The translations under genes and the position numbers were made by a program. From contig CBDATS010000008.1 of assembly GCA_965200245.1 (NCBI GenBank), positions 192,001 to 256,000 on the forward strand: a DNA stretch of 64,000 nucleotides, written 5' to 3'. Below the pieces are notes generated by a model. The model did no database searches. It was not told the DNA's origin and saw only the letters and a list, made by a program, of their open reading frames with translations. This document shows positions 9,173-20,134 of this stretch, piece after piece. The DNA is from a bacterium (lineage in GTDB: Bacteria > UBA8248). Numbering within the stretch: position 1 is the first letter of the stretch; each line of letters opens with the position of its first letter.

Positions 9173-12100
9173 ATGCTGAGCCGAAGCTGTATCCGAAGAC
9201 CCGTGGGAACCATCATGGGCGTCGTGTGTGCACTGGTACTCGGTTTCTTCGCACTCACGCGGTTGCCAGTCGATTTTTTGCCCAGAATTATCTATCCGCG
9301 TATATTCATCGGCATCGATTTTGAAGGGGCCGACCCCAAGGTGGTCGAGGAGCAAGTCACCAAGGTGGTCGAGCGCGAACTCGCGACCACGCAAGGGGTG
9401 GTGCGCATATTCTCCATCAGCCGTGAAGGTGCAGCGCGCTTGTGGATGTTCTTCGATTTCACTCGCGACATCGATCTCGCGCTCCAGGACGCTATCAGCA
9501 AATTCAACGTCGCCAGAAGAAACCTGCCGCAAGAGATACAGGATCAACTCCAGAACACGCGCATTTTCAAGTCCGACCCGGCGCAGGTGCCCATCATCGA
9601 ATATGCGCTGTCTTCGAAAACTCTCAAAGGACCGCAGCTTCAGACCTGGGCGCGCAAGGTGCTCATCCCCCAACTCATGACCGTTCCAGGCATCGCCTCG
9701 GTAGAAGCGTTCGGCGGCCAGGACGAGGAGGTGCAGGTTCTCGTCGACCTGCCCAGGATGCAGGGCCTGGGCCTCGACCTGCCCGCCGTACTGAGAAGGA
9801 TGCGCGCTGAAAATAAGGATTTGGCCGCAGGACGGGTGAAGACTGTCCATCGGGAGTATTCGAGTCGGACGGCGGGTAAACTCAAGAGCGCAGGTGAACT
9901 TTCGCGCCTGATTTTCCCTACCAAGGACGGTCGGCGGGTCTATCTGCGTGATTTTGCCAAGGTGCAGGACGCTGGCAAGGAGCGGCGCATATTTGTTTGG
10001 CTGAACGGCGATGAGAGCGTCAAGGTTGTGGCCCTCAAGCAACCCGACGCGAACACAGTCTCCGTCGTAGATGGCCTGCGCGATAGACTTGCTTTCCTCA
10101 CGCGATACGGCATCGTGCCACCAGACATCACACTCGTCCCGATATCAGATCAGAGCTTCTTCATCCGTGCCTCGATCAAGAATGTCCTCTCTTCCGCCTT
10201 GGTGGGTGGCGCGTTGGCGATATTGGTAGTGCTTTGTTTCCTGGGGAGTCTCAGGCGCACGTTCATTATAGGCCTGGCAGTCCCGATTGCTTCTGTCTTC
10301 ACGTTTTTCCTTATGTGGGTATTGGGCTTTACTTTCAACATATTCAGCTTGGGAGGCGTGGCACTCGGCGTGGGAATGCTCGTGGACAACGCCATCGTCA
10401 TGCTCGAGAACATCTCGCGTCATCAGGGAGAAGGAGGCGACCCCGTGGAGGCGGCCGAGAGAGGCGCCGGTGAGGTGGAGAGTGCCATGGTCGCTTCCAC
10501 GCTCACGAACGTGGCTGCCGTTATGCCGTTTCTGCTGATCTCGGGCTACGTGGCGCTCCTGTTCCGGGAGTTGATACTCACCATCACGCTGGCTTTCATT
10601 TGCAGCCTCATGGTCGGCCTCACGGTGGTGGCCATGCTTTCCGCAAGACTGTTGCAGGTTCCTATGAGCAGCGGTTTCAGTCGCTTTCCGCTCTTCCGAC
10701 TTTTCATCCGGTTTGTGGACCTCGCCAACCGGCTGTACCGTTTTCTCTTGAGGCCGGTGCTCACTCTCCGCTGGGTGGTTATCATCCTCGCCCTGGTCAT
10801 CTGCACGAGCAGCTACACGCTCATTGGCAAGCTGGGTAACGAACTCCTGCCCCAGGTGGATGACGGACGGATCTCAGTCGACATTCGTTTTTCCCCGGGT
10901 GGGACCCTCGAATACACCAAACAGGTGACACGTGAGATTCACGACATGCTCGTGCGCGATCCTGCGGTGGACAAGGTGTTCGCCACGGCGGGGGGACGTC
11001 TTTTCGGAAGAAATTTTTCGCCATCCGCTTCTCGGGGCAGAATCGACGTGACGCTCAAAGATGGCGTGAGCGTGTTTGGCTACCTCAAGAAACTGAGGTC
11101 CCGCCTCTCTCGAATGACGTATCCCGACGCGCGGATTTACGCTTTCAAGAGCCGGGTACGCGGTCTTCGCACCTCCAACACCCGGCACAACAAAAGCTTC
11201 TCCCTGGGTGTTCGGGGCGAGGACTTACCCACGCTCAACCGCGTTGCCGAAGAAGTCGTCGAGAAGCTCCAGGGGGTGGCAGGGCTTCACAACGTGCAGA
11301 TGACCGAGGACAGGCCTCGCCCCGAGTTCCGCATCCAGGTGAATCGCGAGCGCGCGGCGGAACTCGGCTTATCCGTCGAGGACGTGGGCGACACTGTGGC
11401 CACTGCGATCGACGGCTCGATAGCTACATTCATCAACAGAGTGGACACACGCGTGCCGGTGCGGGTCAAGTTCTCCGATACCGAGATCAAGAGTGAACAG
11501 GATTTGGCGCAACTACCACTGTTTCCCCAGAATCAGAACTGGCGATCCACACGCCTGAACCATGTGGCGCATATTCGCTACGGACAAGGCAGTTCGGTCA
11601 TATCGCGAACGGATCAAAACCGCCTTATCCAGATAACGGGCGACATCCAGGGCCGCTCGCTGGGCGATGTGAGCGCGGACGTTCGCGAGCGGCTCAAGGA
11701 CGTCAACGTGCCGAGGGGTTATTTCATTTTGCCGGGAGAGGACGAGGAAAACCTCAAGAAATCGAATCGGGAGTTGATAATCCTGGCCCTGCTGGCGATA
11801 TTCCTAGTCTACACGGTGCTGGCCGTCCAGTACGACTCGCTCGTGAACCCCCTCGTCATCATCTTCGCAGTGCCGCCCGCGCTCACGGGCGCGCTCTGTG
11901 GTCTCTATCTCACTGGCACGCCTTTCGGCTCGACGGTGCTCATTGGTGTCATCCTGCTCGTGGGCATCGTGGTGAACAACTCCATCGTGATGATTGATTA
12001 CGTCGAGCGCTTGAGAGAACGCGGGATGGAGATACGTGACGCCATTGTAGAAGGGGCGTCGACGAGGCTGCGCCCGATTCTTATGACCACACTCACCACC

Positions 12101-12313
12101 ATTATCGCGCTCACTCCATTGGCGAGCGGCTGGGGGAAAGGGTCAGAGATGCTCAAGCCCTTGGGGCTGGTCGTGCTGAGCGGACTTTCGCTCTCTACCC
12201 TGTTCACGCTTTTCCTCGTGCCGTGCATCTATCTCGCTGCCCAGAACTTCGTGCAGAGCTTGAGGCGTGCCATAGGCTTGCACGAGACGAAATACACGGT
12301 GCCCACCGCGTAG
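9173..12313 (+). CDS. RND efflux permease (AcrB/AcrD/AcrF family)
   Basis: 1046 aa; RRPV N-terminus, GMLVDNAIVMLENI, GIVVNNSIVMID and RLRPILMTTLTT motifs. Confidence 0.95.
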   Translation: MLSRSCIRRPVGTIMGVVCALVLGFFALTRLPVDFLPRIIYPRIFIGIDFEGADPKVVEEQVTKVVERELATTQGVVRIFSISREGAARLWMFFDFTRDIDLALQDAISKFNVARRNLPQEIQDQLQNTRIFKSDPAQVPIIEYALSSKTLKGPQLQTWARKVLIPQLMTVPGIASVEAFGGQDEEVQVLVDLPRMQGLGLDLPAVLRRMRAENKDLAAGRVKTVHREYSSRTAGKLKSAGELSRLIFPTKDGRRVYLRDFAKVQDAGKERRIFVWLNGDESVKVVALKQPDANTVSVVDGLRDRLAFLTRYGIVPPDITLVPISDQSFFIRASIKNVLSSALVGGALAILVVLCFLGSLRRTFIIGLAVPIASVFTFFLMWVLGFTFNIFSLGGVALGVGMLVDNAIVMLENISRHQGEGGDPVEAAERGAGEVESAMVASTLTNVAAVMPFLLISGYVALLFRELILTITLAFICSLMVGLTVVAMLSARLLQVPMSSGFSRFPLFRLFIRFVDLANRLYRFLLRPVLTLRWVVIILALVICTSSYTLIGKLGNELLPQVDDGRISVDIRFSPGGTLEYTKQVTREIHDMLVRDPAVDKVFATAGGRLFGRNFSPSASRGRIDVTLKDGVSVFGYLKKLRSRLSRMTYPDARIYAFKSRVRGLRTSNTRHNKSFSLGVRGEDLPTLNRVAEEVVEKLQGVAGLHNVQMTEDRPRPEFRIQVNRERAAELGLSVEDVGDTVATAIDGSIATFINRVDTRVPVRVKFSDTEIKSEQDLAQLPLFPQNQNWRSTRLNHVAHIRYGQGSSVISRTDQNRLIQITGDIQGRSLGDVSADVRERLKDVNVPRGYFILPGEDEENLKKSNRELIILALLAIFLVYTVLAVQYDSLVNPLVIIFAVPPALTGALCGLYLTGTPFGSTVLIGVILLVGIVVNNSIVMIDYVERLRERGMEIRDAIVEGASTRLRPILMTTLTTIIALTPLASGWGKGSEMLKPLGLVVLSGLSLSTLFTLFLVPCIYLAAQNFVQSLRRAIGLHETKYTVPTA

Positions 12314-12432
12314 ACTCGGATCGCACGATGATAATATTATTCCTCTTCTCTGGATTTGCACGTCGAATACCCGTAGTATCCTCCGCTTCTGAGGGCTGTT
12401 TTTTCAATGGAGAGAGCATGGTCAGGAAAGGA

Positions 12433-13151
<719 letters not shown>

Positions 13152-13155
<4 letters not shown>

Positions 13156-13754
13156 GGATCGTTCTTGCGAGTGGAAATCCGGGAAAAGTACGCGAGGTAC
13201 GCGCCGCTCTCGAAGGAATGGACGTCGAACTGCTCAGTCCTGCCGAGGCGGGTATCGAGTTCGATGTCGAAGAGACAGGCTCCACTTATGCGGAAAACGC
13301 GCTCATCAAGGCGCAGGCCGCATGCCGGGAGAGCGGTCTTCCCGCTCTCGCGGACGATTCGGGCGTGGAGGTGGACGCGCTGCCGGGCGAATTGGGCGTC
13401 CGCTCCGCACGTTTTGGCGGTGGGGGGCTGAGCGATTTGGAGCGAAATGAGCTCCTGCTCGAAAGGTTGCGCGATGCACCTGACGCCGCGCGTAGTGCGC
13501 GTTACGTTTGTGTGCTGGCTTTCGTGAAGCTGGGTGGATGGTTCGGTTTTTACGAGGGAACCCTGCACGGACGAATACTTCGCGCCCCCAGAGGGGAAGG
13601 TGGTTTCGGCTACGACCCGCTCATGTATCTGCCCGAGCATGGTTGTGCCGTCTCTGAACTGCCGCTAGCAGTCAAGAACCGTATCAGCCATAGGGGAATC
13701 GCGCTCGCGGAGTTTCGCGTGTGGCTGGCTCACGAGACGATTGATGGGGCATAA
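13152..13754 (+). CDS. rdgB: non-canonical purine NTP pyrophosphatase RdgB/HAM1
   Basis: LASGNPGKVRE, EETGSTYAENALIKA, LADDSG, GFGYDP and KNRISHRG; ATGA overlap with rph. Confidence 0.96.
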
Positions 13755-13857
13755 TGGCAGAAATCATGTGGAATACGGTCGCCAAGACGACGAAGGCGGC
13801 CGGGGATGAGGACGACGCCTATTCTTAGATGAGGCACATAGACGGGAGAGATCAGAT

Positions 13858-14535
13858 ATGTCCAGGATCGAGATGATTCTACCCGAAGAGGCGGACGCCG
13901 ATGTGACCCGCTTTTACGAGGCTACCACCGCCATGCTTGGCCGCGTACCGCACTCGATGCGGGTCCTGGCCAGAACCCCACACGTCGCCAAGGCCATGTT
14001 GCCTTTCGTGGCGACGCTCCAGCGCGAGGGGGGAGGTAGCCTGCTGAAGGCCAAGGTCAAGGAGATGGTAGTCATCAAGACGAGCCATCTCAATGGGTGT
14101 GCGTACTGATATGCGCACAACACGTCGCTTGGTCAAGCGGCCGGAATCAGCGAAGAACAGGTGGAAGTTATTGGCACCGACGCCTACATGGAGTCGGATT
14201 TGTTCTCTCCGCGCGAGAAGGCGGCCATCCTGTGGGCGGAACACGTAACGCTCAACACCGCGCGCTCGCGGGACGATGTATTCGAGGAGGTGCGCAAGCA
14301 TTTCTCAGAAGCCGAGATCGTCGAACTCACGATGGTGAGCGGGCTGTTCAATCTCTTCAACCGTTACATGGATTCGCTCGGCATCCCGATCGAGGAGCAG
14401 AAAGAGGTGGACAAGATCAAGAAATCCCTTCACCTAGACGGCGGGAAGGTCAAGACCTACTATGAGACAATGGTGAAGCACTGGCCAGATGAATACCCTG
14501 AGCCCGACGCCCAGGACCCGAACAGAAACGCATAA
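13858..14535 (+). CDS. AhpD/carboxymuconolactone-decarboxylase-like selenoprotein (CxxU; TGA 14107-14109 read as Sec)
   Basis: ORFs 13858..14109 and 14161..14535 are one frame: KEMVVIKTSHLNGCAY-TGA-YAHN. TGA sits at the second Cys of the AhpD CxxC..H motif; downstream SPREKAAILWAEHVT...RKHFSEAEIVELT...FN is the CMD C-terminus. Confidence 0.85.
14124..14141 (+). promoter_or_regulatory. candidate bacterial SECIS hairpin
   Basis: GTCGCTT-GGTC-AAGCGGC stem-loop starting 14 nt after the in-frame TGA, with G-containing apical loop. Confidence 0.6.
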
Positions 14536-14546
14536 GCCGTCTCACG

Positions 14547-14587
14547 CAAGGAACCACCCCGGGGCAGGACTTCGGGGAGGTTCCTTG
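14547..14587. terminator. strong hairpin after the AhpD-like gene (terminator or REP-like)
   Basis: CAAGGAACC...GGTTCCTTG 9-bp arms plus CCCCG/CGGGG inner stem; no clear U tract. Confidence 0.45.
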
Positions 14588-14725
14588 TCGGACATGAATG
14601 TGAAGCTTCCTTGTTTGGTGACAGCGGGCCTGTACGCCGCTCTCGCTGGAAATCATCTGCTCGAATCATCCATAATATGACCCGTTCGCCGCGGGATGCG
14701 GCCTCTCCATTTCCGAGGTTTCCGC

Positions 14726-15190
14726 ATGAAGCGCATCTTCTGCATCGTCGCCGTACTCGCCTCATTCGTTTCCGCAGACGCGGAGACGAACGTGGAAGAA
14801 GTGCTAAAATGCCGGGTGAGTTACACCATCCTGAACGGCTACAAGGTAGAACAGATGGTGCGTATCACGCTTCCGGTCAAAGAGCGCGATCTGGCCGTCT
14901 GGCTGGTCGAACGGAAAAAGGGTGAGTTCAAAAAGCTGGCTTATCCTATTGGCGGCGAGGGAAGGCTGCTCATCACGCGTCCCTTCAACAAGGAGAAATC
15001 CGTCACCTATCCCTTCATTCTCACTTGGCAGCCCTTCGGCCGCTTTCGTATTACCGGATTTTTCCTGTCGAGAAGGTATTCGCACACCGTCGTGGTGCGC
15101 GACGAAAACGAGAAGAGAATCATCGAAATATTTCCCGCCTTTCCGGCCCACATCGCCACCAAGATCGCGCGCGGGGAGTGTGAGCGATAG
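14726..15190 (+). CDS. hypothetical secreted protein
   Basis: MKRIFCIVAVLASFVSADA signal peptide after a GAGG RBS; no recognisable domain. Confidence 0.65.
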   Translation: MKRIFCIVAVLASFVSADAETNVEEVLKCRVSYTILNGYKVEQMVRITLPVKERDLAVWLVERKKGEFKKLAYPIGGEGRLLITRPFNKEKSVTYPFILTWQPFGRFRITGFFLSRRYSHTVVVRDENEKRIIEIFPAFPAHIATKIARGECER

Positions 15191-15203
15191 AGGCGATAAA
15201 TGG

Positions 15204-15581
15204 ATGCTCAAGCGAGCCGTCCACCCCGGGGAAATCCTAAAGGAAGAACCAGCGAAATCCGGTGCCTCGCCCACCGAATTCGTGTACCGGAGCAGTGTGC
15301 CGCCTGATCGGGTCAGCCAGATCATCAACAGCGAGAGATGTATAACCGGAGATACATTCTTGTGCTTCGACCTCGAACCCGCGTTCTGGCTCCATCTACT
15401 GATTCATTTTGAACTCGCCCGCGCCGAGGAGGAATCAGGTGAGCGAATCCGCCTTCTACCTACGAGAGAAGATCAGCTGCCTTGGCCCGTAATGCCACGT
15501 GCGATTTCGATGAGAATGATGGTACGGGCTACCCCGTTACCCGCCTCGGTGGGGTTACACACCGTTTCCCTCGTTACCTGA
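15204..15581 (+). pseudogene. higA: degenerate HigA-family antitoxin
   Basis: MLKRAVHPGEILKEE...VPPDRVSQIINSERCITGDT...PAFWLHL; the ALRLARxFG segment is missing and no higB lies upstream. 3' end approximate. Confidence 0.7.
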
Positions 15582-15603
15582 ATTGTATTCCGCAATCCCC
15601 GAT

Positions 15604-16461
15604 CTACAAGTAACACCGCAGCAGTCTGATGCTTCTTTCCGCCGCAATACGGAAGGCGGGTTTCTGATCGATTTGCACCGATAGCACGCCCTCGTAACTG
15701 ATTTCGCGCAGTGCCCGGATGAAGTCGCCGAAGTGAATGTGTCCCGAACCCGGGTAGCCGCGCGTGGAATCAGCCACATGCACGTATTCAATCCACTCGC
15801 GCGCGGCGAAGATGGCTCCGGGGATGGAGGCGTCCTCGGAATTCATCCAGCAACTATCAATCATGAGACCGAGGCCTGCGTGGTTCTCGGCCTTCACGTA
15901 TTCCATCCCCTGACGCACCGTGTTGATGAAGTTCGTCTCATAGCGGTTGTAGGGTTCGATGTATATCTTCATGTTGCGTTCCGCGGCGTAGTCGGCGCCT
16001 GCGCGCATCGCATTTCGCATCCAGCCGTTCGAGGCTTCCCACATCTCGCCCGGAATACACGTGCCGCGAAACCGGCCGATGTTCACCCCCAAGGCGCCAA
16101 GTTTCTCGCCTGCTTCGATCAGAGATCGCAGCCGTGCGGCGCCTGCCTCGCGGATTTCGGCGTCAGGATGACACATCATCACCCCGTCCTGAAGTTCGCT
16201 GGGAGCCGAGCCTATCATCGTCACCGAAAGGCCCGAACGCGCGACCTCCAGCTCCACACCCTGAGCGTCGGGGTCTTTCGGGTCGCGCATGGCGACTTCC
16301 AGAGTGTCATAACCCAAATCCTTGAGCACGGTGAGATTTTCGCCGAAATCCCCGCGAACGCCTGGCATCAGGGGCGAGCGCACCTCGGGTGTGGTGATGA
16401 CGTAGCCTACACTCATACGGCTGGGCTCTGAGTATTCTGCGGCGTGTGGAGATATCGGCAT
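15604..16461 (-). CDS. sugar phosphate isomerase/epimerase (xylose-isomerase-like TIM barrel)
   Basis: IEPYNRYETNFINT, GLMIDS, YVHVADSTRGYPGSGHIHF motifs. Confidence 0.88.
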   Translation of the reverse strand: MPISPHAAEYSEPSRMSVGYVITTPEVRSPLMPGVRGDFGENLTVLKDLGYDTLEVAMRDPKDPDAQGVELEVARSGLSVTMIGSAPSELQDGVMMCHPDAEIREAGAARLRSLIEAGEKLGALGVNIGRFRGTCIPGEMWEASNGWMRNAMRAGADYAAERNMKIYIEPYNRYETNFINTVRQGMEYVKAENHAGLGLMIDSCWMNSEDASIPGAIFAAREWIEYVHVADSTRGYPGSGHIHFGDFIRALREISYEGVLSVQIDQKPAFRIAAERSIRLLRCYL

Positions 16462-16602
16462 TTCGCAGGTCTCCGAGATGAGGTTATTTCATGAAATTTT
16501 CCCAGAGGTTACGATTGTGCACACATATTGTCGAGTGGCGCAATGGGATTTTTCGAAAGGGAGCGCGAAGCCCCCCCCCCCAAAGTCGGAGGGCCATGAA
16601 CT

Positions 16603-17709
16603 TCATGTTCGGATGAGTAGCTGAAATGCGTATCCTGCAATCAGCGAACCCAGAATTCCGGATGCCAGGTAGATAGTGAAAGCTTTTCGTTTTACCAGCG
16701 CCCACACACCGGCCATGGCGGGCACACACGTGGCAGGACCCGCGATGAGAAAGGCCATGGCTGCACCCGTGCCCATGCCTGCGGCGAGGAGCCCTTTCGT
16801 GATGGGGATGGCAGCGACGCCTGAGGTATAGAGCGGAATCCCTACTGCGCTCGCCAGAGGAATCGACCAGGGGTTTTCGTTACCGAGTATCGCGCCTATC
16901 CATGCCGGGTCGATATAGTGGACGATGAGCGCTTCCAGGAAAAACGCCACGACCAGCCATTTTGCGAGATAAAACCCCACGTTCTTCGCCTGAGTGGCGA
17001 AACCGCTCCATGAAGGTATGGGTAATCTGGTGTCATACTGGTTTTTCCTCTCTCCAGGTGCGCCAGGTGCGATGATGCTTCTCAACTCACCATCAAGCTT
17101 CCCGCCCCGCCCGATGAGGTAAGTGGCGTAGCCCGCGCCCGCTCCTATAAGAATTGCACTGACGAGACGCGCGATAGCATAGTCCGTTCCCAGAACGCCC
17201 GCGGTCAGCACGAATTTCTCGGGGCTCATGAGGGGGGAACTGATCCAGAAGGCCATTGCGGGTCCTAGGGGGACACCGCTTGACAACATGGCGGCGATCA
17301 GTGGGATCACGCCGCAAGAACAAAAAGGAACTACCGCGCCCACCGCCGAAGCACTGGCGATGGCCATTCCCTGACGCTTATCGAACACCGCTTTTATCTT
17401 GTCGGCGTATCCAGCGACGGTGACCCATGCCGATATCCCAACGCTCAACAGGAAAAACGGCGCGATGTTCCAGAAGCTGTTCAACATGAATAAGAAGTTT
17501 CGTTTGATCTCCGAAGCGACGAGTCCTGTGGATACCTCACGTCCCGTCACCGCCCACATTATGAGTGCCAGAAGCACACCCATCGAGATGGAACACCACA
17601 GATAGGGAGAAGTCCACCCCGATTTCGGCGCAGGCGCGCAACAGGAGGCCTCATTGGCGGGTGGTGAGTTGCTTTCTCCAGTTGCATTTCTTTCTACTTC
17701 TGTGATCAT
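16603..17709 (-). CDS. permease, DUF318/ArsP-like family
   Basis: GAVVPFCSCGVIP, AMAFWISSPL, GIPLYT and AMAFLIAGPA duplicated-half signature; many TM helices; N-terminal SCC. Confidence 0.85.
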   Translation of the reverse strand: MITEVERNATGESNSPPANEASCCAPAPKSGWTSPYLWCSISMGVLLALIMWAVTGREVSTGLVASEIKRNFLFMLNSFWNIAPFFLLSVGISAWVTVAGYADKIKAVFDKRQGMAIASASAVGAVVPFCSCGVIPLIAAMLSSGVPLGPAMAFWISSPLMSPEKFVLTAGVLGTDYAIARLVSAILIGAGAGYATYLIGRGGKLDGELRSIIAPGAPGERKNQYDTRLPIPSWSGFATQAKNVGFYLAKWLVVAFFLEALIVHYIDPAWIGAILGNENPWSIPLASAVGIPLYTSGVAAIPITKGLLAAGMGTGAAMAFLIAGPATCVPAMAGVWALVKRKAFTIYLASGILGSLIAGYAFQLLIRT

Positions 17710-18200
17710 GAAGATAGCTCCTCGGCGGCGCGCGCGAGTTTCTCGATCGCGCGGACGATCTCTTCTTGTTCCTCGGGGGAGAAGGTGTCCAGAAGCACCC
17801 CGTCCTCAAGAGCGCAGCCTTCAGAAATGGTTGCTTGAAGCGCCGCGCCAGCCTCGCTGAGCACCAGACAGCAAACGCGTCGGTCTTCTTCCTTCATGCA
17901 GCGTTCAATCAGCCCGCGCTCGAAGAGCGGGTCTGCACAGCGCGTCACGCCACTCGGGGTGAGGTGCATCCGCTTGGCGATGACTCCCATGGCTAGAGGA
18001 GCCGATTCCGCACCTGCGAGCATGTGGAGAAGTGTCCACTGATTGTGGGTGATGTCATGGCGGCACACCGCTTCTCTGTCGGCGGGCTTTTTCTGATGAA
18101 AAAGATTATCAAGCGCCACGTGGAGCCTCGCGCCCAGTTCGTGGGTCTCAAGTGCTACCCCCGAACTGCAGTCCTGCAGCGTGTTGTCTGTTTCACTCAT
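17706..18200 (-). CDS. MarR family transcriptional regulator (Cys-rich)
   Basis: ITHNQWTLL...MGVIAKRMHLTPSGVTRCADPLFERGLIER...EDRRVCCLVLSEAG winged helix; ATGA overlap with the permease. Confidence 0.9.
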   Translation of the reverse strand: MSETDNTLQDCSSGVALETHELGARLHVALDNLFHQKKPADREAVCRHDITHNQWTLLHMLAGAESAPLAMGVIAKRMHLTPSGVTRCADPLFERGLIERCMKEEDRRVCCLVLSEAGAALQATISEGCALEDGVLLDTFSPEEQEEIVRAIEKLARAAEELSS

Positions 18201-18314
18201 AACTTCTCCGTGTCTTCGTTCCCAAACTGTTGAAACTCGGGCCAGTTAAGTGTGGCCTCCCAATCAAGAGAGAGTTGCGTATAACATCTCTTTTTCTGCG
18301 CACCTCAAATATAA

Positions 18315-18368
18315 ATTAAATCAATATTTGACTTAATCAAGTATAAGCTTGTTCAAATTTCATGTCAA
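18315..18368 (-). promoter_or_regulatory. sigma70 promoter of marR-permease with overlapping palindromic operator(s)
   Basis: Minus strand TTGACA (18368-18363), 17-nt spacer, TATACT (18345-18340). Imperfect palindromes ATTAAATCAA-TAT-TTGACTTAAT (18315-18337) and ATATTTGA-CTTAA-TCAAGTAT overlap the -10/+1 region. Confidence 0.75.
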
Positions 18369-18518
18369 GGGATTTTTCGAAGTAATTCAAAGAGACTAGT
18401 CTCGAGTAAAAATCGGGCTTGTTCCATCCCATCGCCATCCCTATACTCTGGTCGACTTATGCGGGTCTGGCCGACCCCTTGCCTTGCTTTTGCATTATGA
18501 GCCTTAAAGAGGAAGATT

Positions 18519-19409
18519 ATGGAACCCATCGCACTGGATGAAATCAGCGAAGATCAAGCTACCGGACGAATTGCGGCGATTTATGAGGATATCCGACAGG
18601 TGCTGCGCAGCACGCAGGTGAACCTCATCTACCGCACCCTTGCAGTGCATGAGGATTACTTTTGCGCGGCTTGGGATGCGCTCAGACCCAACGCTTCAAT
18701 CGTCTATTTCGAGCGCTGTGCAGACAACTTGAGGATGCGCATGACTCCGCCCATGCCGCCCGACGTTCCCGACCTAGGCGAAGAACTAGAAGACGAATTT
18801 GATTATTCACCGCAAGACCTGGCCGTTATTGACGGCGTGCTGGACATATACAACGATGCGAATCCCAAGAACCTCATTCTCGCGGCGGCGCTCAAGGGTG
18901 CCCTCAATGGCATGAAGATAGGTGGCATCCGTCCTGGATCGGAGTCGGACACCGATACATTGCCCAGCGGGCCACCTGCATCCATGCGTACCGAGAGCTT
19001 GGTGGATCCGAGCGGCGTCGATGATTCTTTGGGCGCTCTCTTTCAGGAGATTCGCGTGGCAACCGGAGGGCTGGGTAGCGTCTGGCGTTTGCTCGGGCAA
19101 CATCCCGTCTTCCTTGAGCGGGTGTGGCCGTTCTTGAAAGAAGAGATGGCGAAGGCGGGTTACCGGATCACCGTTAACCATGCGCAAGGTGCGGCGGCGG
19201 CTGCGGCACAGGAATTTCCCTTTCCCGTTGAACTTAGCAGGGAGAGGATCGTGGCACTGGGACTTTCCGAGAGTGAGATCGACTTGATCGATCAAAAACT
19301 CGATCGTTTCATTCACCTTATTCCCAGGACCAACACGCTCATCCTCCTCATGAAGGCGGCTTTGGTCGGTGAGAGCAAGGTGCGCAGAAAACCCTTCGAG
19401 GAGGATTAG
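18519..19409 (+). CDS. DehI-like (group I alpha-haloacid dehalogenase family) protein
   Basis: EISEDQATGRIAAIYEDIRQVLR...VNLIYRTLA...AWDALRP...FERCADNLR...YNDANPKNLI with an internally repeated second half; family call from memory of DehI N-termini. Confidence 0.65.
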   Translation: MEPIALDEISEDQATGRIAAIYEDIRQVLRSTQVNLIYRTLAVHEDYFCAAWDALRPNASIVYFERCADNLRMRMTPPMPPDVPDLGEELEDEFDYSPQDLAVIDGVLDIYNDANPKNLILAAALKGALNGMKIGGIRPGSESDTDTLPSGPPASMRTESLVDPSGVDDSLGALFQEIRVATGGLGSVWRLLGQHPVFLERVWPFLKEEMAKAGYRITVNHAQGAAAAAAQEFPFPVELSRERIVALGLSESEIDLIDQKLDRFIHLIPRTNTLILLMKAALVGESKVRRKPFEED

Positions 19410-19775
19410 AATTTGTTGCTCAAATAACGCGCTTGAATCGTTCGAGACGGAAAAATGTAAAACCCCGAAAGCCGCTGGACATTTCCGGTGGTTTTCATAT
19501 ACTGAGGTGCTCAATACAAAATTTGGGGAGAAGGGGGCGTTCGCGGGGCGGGGCCGAAAGGCCCCATGCCTGTGCATACTGGATGTATCTGATCGCCTAA
19601 CCGTCCCGGGCTTCTTTCCCCGTCAGCCGGATGTAGGTCGTTCTTTTCCCATTGACAGGATGGTTCTCCTTCGCGAAGCGTTGTTGACGATATCGATTTA
19701 TGATATTTTCTCTTGCCTTTCGGGCGGAGAATCGCCGCCTGCGAATGGGTTGCCACGCAAAAGACGTCGAGGCGG

Positions 19776-19852
<77 letters not shown>

Positions 19853-19922
19853 TATTTTCGGAAACTCGGATCGCCCTTCCCTCCATACGCGAGGCCACCG
19901 CGGGAGAAAGGGATGAAGGCAT

Positions 19923-19999
19923 GGTGGGTGTAGCTCAGTGGTTAGAGCGCCGGGTTGTGGCCCCGGAGGTCGGGGGTTCAAATCCCCTCACTCACCCCA
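19923..19999 (+). tRNA. tRNA-His (GTG)
   Basis: G-1, acceptor GTGGGTG/CACTCAC, C discriminator, CCA; anticodon arm CCGGG-TT-GTG-GC-CCCGG. Confidence 0.97.
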
Positions 20000-20057
20000 C
20001 GGCATTTACATTTTCTTGAGCGGAATCACTGTTCCGAACAAGACCAGCGGATATCAG

Positions 20058-20134
20058 GCGCCCGTAGCTCAATTGGATAGAGCGTCGGACTTCGGATCCG
20101 AAGGTTGTAGGTTCGAGTCCTACCGGGCGTGCCA
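20058..20134 (+). tRNA. tRNA-Arg (TCG)
   Basis: GCGCCCG...CGGGCGT GCCA; anticodon arm TCGGA-CT-TCG-GA-TCCGA. Confidence 0.96.

Noticed and set aside
13754-13828. 24-aa ORF coupled to the rdgB stop (MAEIMWNTVAK...)
   Set aside because: Too short to support; no recognisable motif; possibly a gene remnant.
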